This document shows positions 1-12,200 of a stretch of 64,000 bases of DNA, piece after piece (within the stretch, counting starts at the first letter, position 1; every line of letters begins with the position of its first letter). The notes beneath the pieces are model-generated. The model was not told the origin of the DNA and did no database searches. It saw only the letters and a list, made by a program, of their open reading frames with translations. The stretch spans positions 3,900,607-3,964,606 of the forward strand of contig CM082598.2 in assembly GCA_040954595.2 (NCBI GenBank), written 5' to 3'. The stretch is from Balanoglossus misakiensis (Eukaryota > Animalia > Hemichordata). A program made the position numbers and the translations under genes.

Positions 1-336
1 TCATCCCAGTCCACGATCAGTTTTGGAAGACATTCATAACGGGGAGTTTTTCTAGCTGACGGTTGAGGCATGGGTTTACTGCACCTTGATCTGACATGGT
101 ATTTTTGATGCTCGCAGGTAGTTGTGAAATTTTCCGATCCCTGTCTTCATCGTCACCACTTAACTGACAGTACACAGTTTGGGTGAAGGCATTCATCACA
201 TCAACAGTGGAGCTCCCTGGCATCTTAGATACACTTAATAAATATTTTTCTTTTCTTCCTTTGTTACCATTTCATGTAGAATGTAAAATTACAATGTAAT
301 GCCACAATAACGTTTAGAGTGACAGCTACTAGCTTG

Positions 337-586
337 CCTGGTATAAATTGGTTTAGATGTCAATGAAACAACTCTAAAGATGTCGAGCCTCTGGCACATG
401 TATACACTGGTAGCTGTACACCACCTTTTGTGACTTCACCAGTCTTGGTATAAATAGTAGCTTAATTACCTGGTATGAATTGGTTTAAATGACGATGGAA
501 CGACTCTAAAGATGTCGAGCCTCTGGCACATCTGTACACCGGTAGCTGTACACCACCTTTTGTGACCTCACCAGTCTTGGTATAAA
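337..586. repeat. Tandem duplication (~118-bp copies, 132-bp period) of the transposase E-motif exon
   Basis: 337-454 and 469-586 are near-identical. Confidence 0.9.
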
Positions 587-1337
587 GTTGGACGTCTGGT
601 GGATCTTGGATGCATTCTTCTGGGAATTCCAGATGCCCCAAATTCGATCAATGTCTAGTAATGGGACTTAAGGGTGTCACGTCACTGCACGCCGCTGAAG
701 GCCTCCAATAACTTAACAATGAGAGCTCCGGTCTCCTCTACACCCCTCGTCTTGTGACGGCAATGCTGTGCACGTTCTCTCGTGGAGATCCGCTTATAAT
801 AATAATAATAATATAATAATATTAATAGTCTTTATTTCGAGAACCAGCTCATAAAATGACATAAATATATACAACATTACTCACAACATACACATAAAAT
901 ACATTGTCATCATCGGAAGTTTTGGTGATACTGTGAGTGACCATCTCCACTTGAAAATACAAAATGACAATCTTCGCATAAAAGTACTGTATAACTGGTG
1001 AGCCTCGGTGGTGCAACCAGCAGCAATGTGGCGCATGAAATGCCAGGTTTCCAATCGAATCTTTAGGTCCGGCCTTTCGGAAAACATGGTCCTCGGTTGG
1101 GTAAGCACACCGCAGCAGTTTCTGGGTTCATTGGCACTATGGTATCTTTGGATAATACCCTCCTCCTTCGGCCCAATGTGACTTCCCTCTGTTGTTGTCA
1201 GCACAGAGATCAGCACTTGACCAATCTCGTTTCCGACTAACGGTAGCCCAGGTGGCTGTACCTGCACTGTGGCCGGATAGTTTCTGACCAACCTGAGAAT
1301 AAAAGAAAAACCAAAAAGTTAAATACACACAGCAGAT

Positions 1338-1397
1338 TAATAATAATAATAATAATAATAATAGTTTATTCTCATAATAATAATAATAATAATAATC
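1338..1397. repeat. (TAA)n microsatellites in transposase-relic introns (also ~797-826 and ~2938-2971)
   Basis: Direct reading of the sequence. Confidence 0.92.
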
Positions 1398-2937
1398 AAA
1401 CAAACATAGTGAAAGTGGAAAAAGATAACTGTTTGGTGTACCATGTGAGAAAGATTGATAATGTTGTGATTACCGATGTCTTACCTTGTAGGGCTAATAA
1501 AGGATACTAAGGCTGTTTCGTACGTTATTCGGTAAAGTTGCTTGGAGGACTGTAGAAAAGACCTTGGCCGCCTGTGCATTTGTCAGAGGTGCAGTGAACT
1601 CTGCAAACTGCAACAGAAACTCAGCCAGCTTCCACTTGCCCATAGCCGGGAATGTTGTCGGGACCAACAGACTCCTACAAAAGGAAAAAGAAAGGGAATA
1701 CTTACATCAGGGTTATCCATCCACAGGCAGGATGTTTTTGGTATCAGAGACAGGACTTGAACTGGTCGCAACAGGTGCTGCAGGAGACCGAGGTCTCTCC
1801 ACAACTGTCAACAAAATGAACAGAAAAATAGCATTAAAACTGTCATCCATCCATCCATCAATCAATAAATCAATGGTTCAGTTTTGTAAATAAATAAACT
1901 ATATATGTGGGTATAACATTGAATGCTTGAAGTACATGTACTCATGCACCTTCCTGTGGCAGTTCAAGACTATGTTCAACTTCCGGTGTTACAGTTGGAG
2001 CAGCCACACCATCATCATCCAATGACATGTCCATTGGTTCCTCTGGCTAGCTTACTTGGGTCGGGAGTTCTTCCAGGTAGACTGTGGGGTCCTGAAACGA
2101 GTTGACGAGGTCAACTTGCCAGGGTTCCTCTCCCTGATCTTCATCAGTGGGTTCCAGACTGGCTGCATCAGCACTATCTGGGTCCACCATCAGATCCTGC
2201 AGGACCTCCCCAGTCTGTTGGAAGAGATACTCCACACCAATCAGCTCACCTGTGTACTGCCGTGGTGCATGATAGGAAGGGTTGAACTCCTCCTTCCCAA
2301 GGACTCTGGTGCTAAGCTGGTTGACCGCATGTCTCAATATACCACTGTAGGAATGTGGTTCAGGAGGTCTGTCAGTAACAGCAGAAGCTGCCCTGTCTTC
2401 ATTCCAGCGAACCACACCTTCCATTGATAACATACCTTTTTAGTCGAATCCATTTTCAGTATTCTTCCAAACACTGATATAATGGAAGCCTTGACCTCAC
2501 CTTATCGCCTCAGGACTTCGTTGCAATATACAAGCTGTAACCACTTGTACGTTGGAGTCAGCAACAAGGCAGGGTTCCTCGAAAGAAGGCCTTAACTTAC
2601 AAGCATGTCTCTCGTGAGAACTGAGAAAGCCCTCGCAGTCTGTCAGATAGTGAGCTGTCCTCTGCAGCTAGGCTTTGCTGTGTTGCTCCTTGATCTTGTT
2701 TCGCAGCTGACTTGCACTATTTCCCATTCCACGCTGACGCAAGAGCCTGATAACATGAACATCACAGGTGTACCTATACGTGAGCAGGACAAGAAACTTC
2801 CCCCTGTCAAACTGTCTAGTGATGAGACCACTCCAGCTGATAAACTTCTTCTTGCATGAGCGGCACTCAAGGTACTCAGCAGCAAGACTGTAGAAGCCAT
2901 CTACATCCAGGACTTTGCAAACTAGCTGGTTAATTTC

Positions 2938-2973
<36 letters not shown>

Positions 2974-3094
2974 TCAATTTATAATTCCTGCAAATGTAAG
3001 CTCACTGTCGTATCGGTGACTTCATACTAAGTTAGGGAACTCACCTAGTACGGTCGTTGATACGATCGGAGTCGTCTTCAGAAGATGACCAACG

Positions 3095-3103
3095 CCCCCC
3101 CCC

Positions 3104-3134
<31 letters not shown>

Positions 3135-3140
3135 ACACAC
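3095..3140. repeat. poly-C plus (AC)n tract truncating the DUF6729-like fragment
   Basis: Direct reading; the coding similarity stops at this tract. Confidence 0.9.
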
Positions 3141-5489
3141 GCTGACAGTTCCTGGACAGACAAGATGGACTTGCCACAACTTTCTGGGCATCCAAAGCAG
3201 TAATTGTTGAGCAAAGTATCGATCAGACTTTGATGGTTGTGGAGGAAACCACCAAAGCCAATCAACACGTGCCCAGTTGACTTTTGCCTTCCCTTTCTTC
3301 GATGTCTTGAAGACAGCCTTTGAAATCCACGGATGGTAGGCTTTCGACAGGGTCTGCTTCCATCCATTAGGCAGGACAATACATAAATAAATAAATAAAA
3401 TAAACAAATAAATTATGGGGTTATTGACCTTGTGATGAACTCCGGCTAGCTTCATACTTCTTGATGGCAGCTAACATCTCCAAGTTGCCCAACCCAATCG
3501 TGCTGTCTCTGGCTGATGACTTGCCTGTTCCTTGTGCAGCTTTAGTTGGTTGCGAACAATGTAAAACAATGTCGATTTGTTTTATCATAGAGAGAATGTT
3601 ATATTATTTTATTTATATTATTATATTATTTTATTATTCATTCATGTTATTTTTATTTGTTCATGTGTGCTATGTGGACTTAAAGTTTACACTTTCATAT
3701 AGATACTTGATAATAACAGCGAAACAAAAACTCGCCACATCCAGCCCTAGTCTGTTGTTGTGATGTTGTAGGTGCCGTCTTCTGCTTCTGTGTGATTGGA
3801 TTTGAGGGTAACAAGTTCTTTCCCCTCATCAAAAGACTCTAACTAATACTGATGCTTAGTGGGGCATCCAGCATTTCCATATCCCCCACGTCATGAGTGC
3901 TGTGACTGGCTTGTGCAACTTCCGTAGGTTGCGAGGGTGGTGAAGCGGAACCCAGAGTCTGTTGGCGTGGTGTTCTAGGTGCAGTCTCCTGCTTCAGGTA
4001 GCCGAGGTTGGGTCTTGGACATACGTTCCTTGGCTTTGAGGGCCACAAGTTCCTTCCCCTCATCAAAAGACTCATAAAAATAATTTAAACTTAACTAATA
4101 CTGATGCTTAGTGGGGCATCTGTTCACCTCTTGTTCTCTGTTTGGCTACCAACCCTCCAGCATACCCAAGGTAATGCAGTATCAGCACTGTGGGGTGGTC
4201 CGCTACGTGCAGCCACAGCCAAACGAGCTTCAACACGCACAGCGCTGGCATCGGTGACAACAGCAGTTGTCACAGGAGGCACAGTTGCTGATGATGTCTG
4301 GACAGCAGTAGCAGTCGCAGGTCGATCAACATATGTTCCTTGGCCTTGAGGGCCACAAGTTCCTTCCCCTCATCAAAAGACTCAAGATACAATTTGAACT
4401 TGAACTTATTGATGCTGAGAGGGGAATTTGTTGGCTTCTCAGTCCTCAGTTTGTCCACCAACCCTCCGGCATACCCAAGGTCATTCTCAACCATCCACCG
4501 GAATGTCTGTCCCTGGAACAGTCCGAACTGCAGTCTATGCTGCCCAAGCACCACCAACCCATTTTTCCAGTCGCCACCACTACGCTTAACGTCATTAGTT
4601 GCACACTTCAGCACTTTGGCAGAAGACTGGCATGGAACAGTTTGACGTTGTTCCGAGGATATCCGTTTGGCCTCGTCACTGTAAGCCAGCTTCAAGGTGC
4701 CATTGGACATCCTCGGAAAATTGGGCTTGATTGCCATCTCTGACTTAGAGCCTTGAACCTCCCCTTTGTGAGCCTTGTCGTGTGTCATTGGGCAATTAAA
4801 CTGTGCCGGCTTCTGGTCATACTCATGCAGATTATTCCACAGAGAAATGACCTGTGCATGCATTTTTAGTCAAAGGTGCAACAGAGACCTCTGCAAACTG
4901 CAACAGAAACTCAGCCAAAGCCTCCTTTTGCCCATAGCCATTAAATTAACATACCTGAGAGAATCACTTAATGAATAGTTGAATAGACTGGAAAATGACT
5001 TTGGAGAGAGAGAAAACAAACACACTATCAGTACAATAATTCAGATGGTTCAACCTATATTACCCAGTGCTTCATGTAGGTCTAAGAGGGCAACATATTT
5101 TTTCCCCTCATAAATATAATTTAAACTTAAATGCTGATTGATGCTTAGTGGGGCCTCTGTTGGCCTCTCCTTCTTCTGTCCGTCTACCAACCATCCAGCA
5201 TACCCATGGCCATTCTCAAGCATCCATCAGAATGTCCTTGAACATACTGAATTACAGTCTATACTGTCCAAGCACCACCTACTCATTTTTCCAATCACCA
5301 CCACGTCGCTGGAGGAGACTGGCATGTGATTTGTGTTATTTTTGTTTCGAACATCGTTTGAGCCTCTTTGCACCATCTGCCATCCTTTAATAGTAATGCA
5401 CAAAAGGTTGGACTGAAATTTCCCTTTAACATCTGCCCTCTTTGCATTGGGCCAACAGATCATTATTTCTTAAGCTTGTTTTTCAACAC

Positions 5490-5706
5490 CTGAATTTGGC
5501 CAAAATCTTTAGTGTTTACAATGGCAAAGGCCATTCTTGGTCATTGTGTTTTCTTGGTAGTTTGATTGGTATATGTGGATACCAATGGAAAGTCTTCTGT
5601 GTTATGTAAATCATTGAATTTAATCTGAATCATGTGCTCAAATCCAATTGGTGGGATTTTGGTGGCCCTCGTGATGAACTGTAACACATCTTCCACAGAT
5701 TTACCA
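5490..5706 (-). pseudogene. HECT E3 ligase C-lobe fragment (G2E3-like), degenerate
   Basis: Translates as SVEDVLQFITRATKIPPIGFEHMIQIKF...FPLVSTY, frameshift, IKLPRKHNDQE, frameshift, MAFAIVNTKDFGQI. This fits the HECT pattern LxFxTG...P..GF...P...TC...L.LP...AI....FG; the catalytic Cys position reads Tyr. Confidence 0.6.
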
Positions 5707-6130
5707 TGAACCTTTCATGGCCTTTTTCCTCTCAAGACACTTCTGACAGTTGTGAGATATGGAGTCTCTCCTTTTTGTGACTTGAATAAACAAGTTTGTA
5801 AGTACAAGATATTGTACTTATTTTTGCGAGGTGCCTGTGTGTATATTTATGCACATTTGCAAATGGTATCCATGTTAATACTATTGTGCGTGTCTAGCCA
5901 CTAAATTGTGTTACTATTATTTTCTGGAGCAACAAATATCTGCTTGTGAATCTGTTTTTCTCAGTTCAATCATCATGGCAATCTATTAGTGGCTGTGCAT
6001 GTGTCAATCATCCATGGCCCCAAAGATAAACTTTGAATCAACCAATCTGACATACCCTTGTCAGATAATGATGTATTATTACAAGAATATTGAACAGACT
6101 GTAGACATATGATAGTGTTCAATAAAAACA

Positions 6131-6136
6131 TTTATT
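6131..6136 (-). promoter_or_regulatory. Candidate distal poly(A) signal for NAV (would imply a ~3-kb 3' UTR)
   Basis: AATAAA on the minus strand followed by U/GU-rich sequence. The minus strand from 6140 to 9148 is U-rich and non-coding. Other AATAAA sites also exist in the interval. Confidence 0.35.
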
Positions 6137-9100
6137 AAATCTTGAATAACATGATAATTAAATAAAGGAAAACTGCATTGGCAGTTGGGGAATAGGAATA
6201 AAACATGTACAAAGATGAAAAAAAATGTCTCCAGTTGGGCCAAGTAGTACTGTCAGCAGAAATACCAAAACAAGCTGTACAAAAAATCAACAAAATAGGT
6301 TATTAAGTAAAAAGTGTGAAATTGTATCTAATGTAGGATAAGGACAGTTCGATCTTGTTTAAAAGCAAACTTGTGTAACGAAGAATTCATACAACGCCGT
6401 TTGGTAACATGGCCAGAACATGCGATTGATACATGTAGTAAATAATCACACAGTCTTGGAGCAAGACTAAAAAGCGCCCTGCACAAGCATTCACAAAATG
6501 CTTTGCTCGTCGAACGCGCCCTAGAGTTTCCCTTGTCGTGGTTCACACAATATTACTCACCTCAGAAATTACTGCGCTGCACTTGTGGCGTTGTGTGAAA
6601 TCCCGGACCGACCGAAAAGACACCAAAAGATTCCCTATCTTACTTTAATTTAATTTATTCTTATTTATTCTTATTCTGATACTGATAGAAAAGTTACTCT
6701 TTTTTCCGCATGGAAAACATCAGTATCTATCCCACGAGAAAAAATAAACCTTCTTTTTCAATAAATAAAATCACTATATTGGTATATCCCTGTTACTGGA
6801 AACACTGGGGGACAAACCACACTGAGCTAGCATAGGTGGTTATAACAGAAATGTTTGAACACGATATCGAAATTTCTAGTTTCGGAGAACTCCGTCTTTA
6901 CATGCAACAAATGTGTTTGCTTGTTCATGCATACTAATTAACTTCCTTTTAAAATCATGATTGCTTTAAAACATGTAATAAGGTTTTCATGTCACTAAAA
7001 TACTCTATCCGCTTGTATTTAGCAATCCAATTTATCTAGAAGTATCAAATAATTATGTTTAGACTTTCAACAGAGCTATTAAATTTACCTTATGACATAA
7101 ATTCAAGCTGCCTTCTGTTGCATTGTAATCTCTTGCAATTACCGTTTTAATATTTTCAAAATTCTGAACTGAATTACACTTTCTTCTGCCAGCTGCCTCG
7201 TTTAGACCATCAAGCAAAGGTACATATATTGCTGGTACATAGAATTTTTAATAAATTAAACACATGACATATTGACCTGCAAATCCCCTCCCACCTGAAG
7301 TACATTGGAATAGCCCTTACTTGCTCAGTTGCTTAGGTTTATAAACTGCCATCACTTGAAAGTGGATTATACCACTTTGATGCAGAGGTGAATCGGTTTG
7401 TGGTGGATTTAAAAATAACCACAGAATATGTCAGAATTTCATCCCTTGAATCGATTTGGAATCTGTCTTGAATTATAAAACATTTCATAACAGTTAATTT
7501 CAAAAAGGGAAAGTGTAAATAAATAAAAAAAAACTTGTTATCAAAATTGTTACTAGAATTTCCAAGTGTTGCCTTTTGGCTTGGCTAAAACAAAATACAG
7601 CACCTGTCAAATGAATAATTTTTGCATGTTATAACACTTGTCCGAACAATTCATTGACAATGTAAAATATCTCAACTTGTTACCATGGAAATAGTCATCT
7701 TATTCTTTAATAATTTATAATCGAAGGGTACTGGCTTGGAATCGTCACACTTGGGTTAAGGCAAACAGCATTGCACCGGGAAAATATTCAATTCAAACAT
7801 GGATTTATTTTAGTCATTATTAATGACTCGGGTGTGCTTGGCCTAGGTTGCCAAGGTTACAAGTGTTGAGAGTTGTGGCAGCCATTTTGGATATTGTCCC
7901 TCTCTCCATCACCCGTTACAAAATACTAAACATGATAAGTTTACATGTAGCAGTTACAATGAAAAATGCAGCAAGTTTAAAAGCCAAGGACAAGCATTTA
8001 TCATAACAAGACTTACAAAGTTACTGTTTAAATTCCAGTATTTTAAATTTCAGTTCCATTTCAGTATAAAGATAACATTTGATGAATTTCTATGCAAAGA
8101 AAATACACCGAAGCTAACTGATAGTAAAATACTAAATATCTGTAAGAGCTTTTCATTCTTAATTATGCCATTCTATAACAAAGTATAATATTTACAAAAT
8201 TCCAATTTCCCCCAATTATCTTTACATTCCCTCGGTATCTACAGACATGTTACAGTGCTAGATTCTAAATTCAAAGATTGTCTTATCTCATTTCTTTCAG
8301 TTTAAGCAGTTTCACAAGGCTCTGAAAAACACACACCCTGTTTTGTATGTCCAGTAAAATTTGGCATAACACTTCATGTCACCATGATCAATAGCAAATA
8401 TAACATTTCCCCTATTGCACAATTGCTTCCACTAACTTCCATGCCCTCTTCTGCTTCACCCCTCTCACCCCCATTTCTCAGTATCCGGGTCAAACCTTAC
8501 CATACAAAACAATGGACTGCACCAATGTCTAATGATTAAGAGGGTAAATATGACTGAGTGAACATCCTCTTTTTTTTCCTGAATCTGTACAAATGAAGGC
8601 AACATGGCTGATGAGTCGATTCTGTACAAAATGAAATTTTTATCTAAAAATGTTGCTGTTTCCCCTTTACATTAGAATAACAATACAGCTCTTTTACTCA
8701 AATTATACAACTGCACCCTGTTTCATAACATGATCAGCAACATACAAGTTGTTTTTCTTTAAAAAAAAAACAATACACATTTTGTGATACAACTTTTAGT
8801 CAAAATTTCCCTTGCCTCAGTTTTCACTCTCACTCTGGGGTCCCTTGGTTTCAAATATCACCCATGTCCCTGGTTTATGGGTAGACCACCTTAATACTTC
8901 TGATACATGCTTGATTGGGGTCGTCTTCTTCGGCCCTGGCAACCGTCACAGTCCTGCACTCACTTGCAAGGTATCAGCCACCTTAAAATTCCTGACAATC
9001 GCTGGATGGTATAATCATCTCAGTTTTCATGTCTCATGAATGCATACCGACTGCCTTAATACACTGACACGGCACTTGCTGGATTGGTCCTTGACGCACC

Positions 9101-9148
9101 ATCACACTCCTTAGAAAGGTTCTGACAACCTTAAAGTGTTACTTTCCT

Positions 9149-9292
9149 CTACAGTGTCGATTCAATGGAATTGTCCAAGAGATCATCGTGAGACGCCCGT
9201 AGACTATTAAGGCTAGATGAATCACTGTCGCTATGGCAACTTGTTGGCGTAGCGTAATTGGCAGCTTCTTGCAGTCTAATTAGCATATTTAG
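9149..9292 (-). CDS. NAV2: NAV terminal coding exon (LNMLIRLQEAANY...NSIESTL*)
   Basis: ttccag|CTA acceptor and TAG at 9149-9151; matches the NAV C-terminus ending ESTL. Confidence 0.94.
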   Translation of the reverse strand, partial: LNMLIRLQEAANYATPTSCHSDSDSSSLNSLRASHDDLLDNSIESTL

Positions 9293-12200
9293 CTGGAATT
9301 AAACAAAAAAGAAATGTTTGATAAAATTTTGAGTCATAACATATGATGAGACCAATCTCTCAGTAATGTTTGTGTACACAAATTTACTAGTCTAAAGACT
9401 AGACTGTTTTGAACATATAAAATATAAGTTATTCAACACATAGCTATACAGTTAAGCGTGTGTGCATAACTTGCTTGGTGTAAACACTACAGACTGGGTT
9501 TTTTGCACAGGGATGCTGCTGATACAGTAAACATTGAAGTGTGTCACAAAACATTAACCCTTTCACCACCATGGTTCAGTCCAAACCCATAGGTTTCTAT
9601 GGTTAGGTTGGACCTCTATAGAGGAAAGTAGGGGGTGAAAGGGTTAAACTCTGACCAGTCTAAACAAGTGACTAATTCTCTGTGGAAATAATAATTCACT
9701 GACCAGAGGAACAGTACCATAGAAACTTGCATTTGGCAGCACAAGCTTGGAACTGTGCCTTTATTAAAAGCTGTCATAGTCAGTTACACAAAACTGCTCA
9801 AATGATAAAAAATTGCAAAGCATTGTGCGGAAATGCCAATTTTACCTTATAGATGAAACAAAAAAATTGTGCATGTGCCAATCAAGACAGTAAACAGATA
9901 AGTTCTGATTGCTGTACATGAACATGTACTAAAGCCATCTACAGTTTTGATTAAAACAGTCACATTTCCATAGCGACCGATGCGACAGGTACATTATGTT
10001 AATGTGAAAAATGGGGAGTTAAACACGAGGTTATCTACAACATTGATAAAACTGTCACATCTCTATAACAAGAAAACCCCACTGGCAGATAAACTGTTAA
10101 CACAGTATGGACAAAAACAGTCACAACGCCATGCCATGCAATTACCATTGGTTTAGTGGTAACACTAAACATACCTACTATTACTCTCACAACTCTGAGG
10201 ACTTGAATAACTGGCTGCTTCTTGTAAATGCATTAACATGCTCAGCTGTCAAAAATGGATGATAGATACAGAAGAAGAGAAAAACAGGATAGAGGAACAG
10301 TGTTATTGTGATTATATTAACCAAGATGCAAATCACCTTTGACCCGTAATGGGAGTGATAGAAAGTTAAATGATTACACCCGTGTTTCTGAAAGCCGTGA
10401 TCAAAGTCACCATCTGTTGAGCTTTAGGTGGCTGAAAATAAGACTTTTTTGACATTTCCAAGATTTTGCAGGAGTTAATTTCACTTTTCATCAAAACATG
10501 CAAACCAACAGATGGTAACTTGCCACAAAAATGTTACTGTGTTTTACATAATGTTAGGAAGATTATAAAGTTATTTTCCAAAGACACATGATTAATGACT
10601 TGTACGAAAGAAAGAAAGTGAAAACTTTGATAAATTCAATTCAATTTTAATAAGAGTAATTGTTAAGTCATTTACTTGGCAGCTGTATTTTTTCTCGTTT
10701 TCATATCCTATGCCGACTATAAATAATACTGAGTACGGTAATAATATTCACCTAGGTTGTTCGGGATTTGAAATAGAAAGTAAATAGTGGAAGTTCTGTG
10801 TGACATTACCCTGGATATTTTTGTTTTGTGTGAAAATTTATTTATCTCTGTTCCGGCTGTTGTAACATGCTGTTGTTTAGTGGTAATAGTTGTTAGAGCT
10901 TGACTCACCCTTATGCTTGTTGAATAATGACATTGATGTGCTATGTTGTATAATAGAAATAACCCCCCACCCAATAAGAGGTTGACTGCCCCCCCCCCCC
11001 CCCCCCCCCCCATCATGCTTTTCAATACTACATGTAGATATTGTGTACACTCACCAGTGGGTCCCCTTCGACATCACTTTGCGCACTCTGTGATGACTTG
11101 GCACCACTTTCTGACCTGTACCCGTCAAACCCGACATCCTCCGGTCGTAACCTTAGCAACGACGGCCAATCAGAACTGGTTGGTGGAAGCCATGGGTAGC
11201 TGTCAATCACCCATTCTGCTGGGTCCTCCCATTGGGCTTTTCTGCCGTACATCTGTGTATCAGAACAATAACAGTATTGAGATCAGTCATTTCCAATATT
11301 ATCCAGATACTGCTAAAACTGTAAACCAAAGGGTATGTGATATTGTTCGATTTGCAGAGGTGTCTGGTTTGTGGAGGTTATTTTAACATGAGTTTCTATG
11401 TCAAAGGGACATGAAAATGTGTTCAGTATAGACAGTACATACAACATTGAGACCTGGTAAAACAGACGACCTTTATAAACAATAAGGTATAAATAGTTCG
11501 AGTTCATTGTGTCCGTATGCATGTGTGTCCATTTACCCTATGCTGAACACAGAAAATCTGGTACCAATATGCAATGTACACAGTTGAAATTTAGCAATTT
11601 TGCCTAAATTATTGAACCATCTCTGCTGTACTGAATTTATCAGTGTAGGACTTTGCTCACTGAATGCTAGGAAGAAGGGCATTGTGTCTTATAAGTAGTG
11701 ATGTTAATACGGAATCAGTAACCCTGACCTACCTGTAAGCCTTCCCGAACTGCTTCCAGCAGATACGGAACGATGGAATAATTCCAAAGATCCGTGAACC
11801 ACACCTGTGATCCGGCCAAATCAATCGGACATGAAAGGAACAACCTTGGTCCAATGGTGACATCTGAAGAATTATGCGTTTCAAGGAATTTGTTCAGGTG
11901 TTGCCAAACCTTTGGCATCCATTCAATAATTTTGTTCAGGTCGTTGTTACGATTGGTCGTCTGTACTTCAGTTTCGACGAGCTTTCGCCGGAGATATCTT
12001 CCAAGGAAGCCCTTGACTGGTTCCATATGATTGGCACATAACACCCATCTGAGAGAAAAATATAAATTTAATAAGGGGTGATGTCATGTCCTTTCACATT
12101 TCTGATGAAAAAATTTACACAAATTGGTGGTATTATCCGATTTTAAGGAGACGTCCATTTTTAAAGGACACCACCTCCACAAGTTTCAAGAGATCTTTGA

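Larger units (their letters stand above)
337..5400 (-). mobile_element. Decayed, rearranged DNA transposon relic(s) encoding a DUF6729-type DDE transposase-like protein with introns
   Basis: Fragments: LQFGLFQGQTFRWMVENDLGY (~4340-4700); WWFPPQP...LLLWMPRKLWQVHLVCP (~3140-3380); VLDVDGFYSLAAEYLECRSC...ILKMDSTKK (2436-2915); GNEIGQVLISVLT...RLETWHFMRHIAAGCTTEAHQLY (~940-1292); YRCARGSTSLESFHRHLNQFIPG (~470-600); EGVVRWNEDRA...YTGELIGVEYL (~2050-2430). Stops and frameshifts are present. Family assignment is from recalled motifs. Confidence 0.7.

Noticed and set aside
1137-1403. Poly-Tyr/poly-Leu ORF resembling a membrane protein
   Set aside because: It is the translation of a (TAA)n microsatellite.
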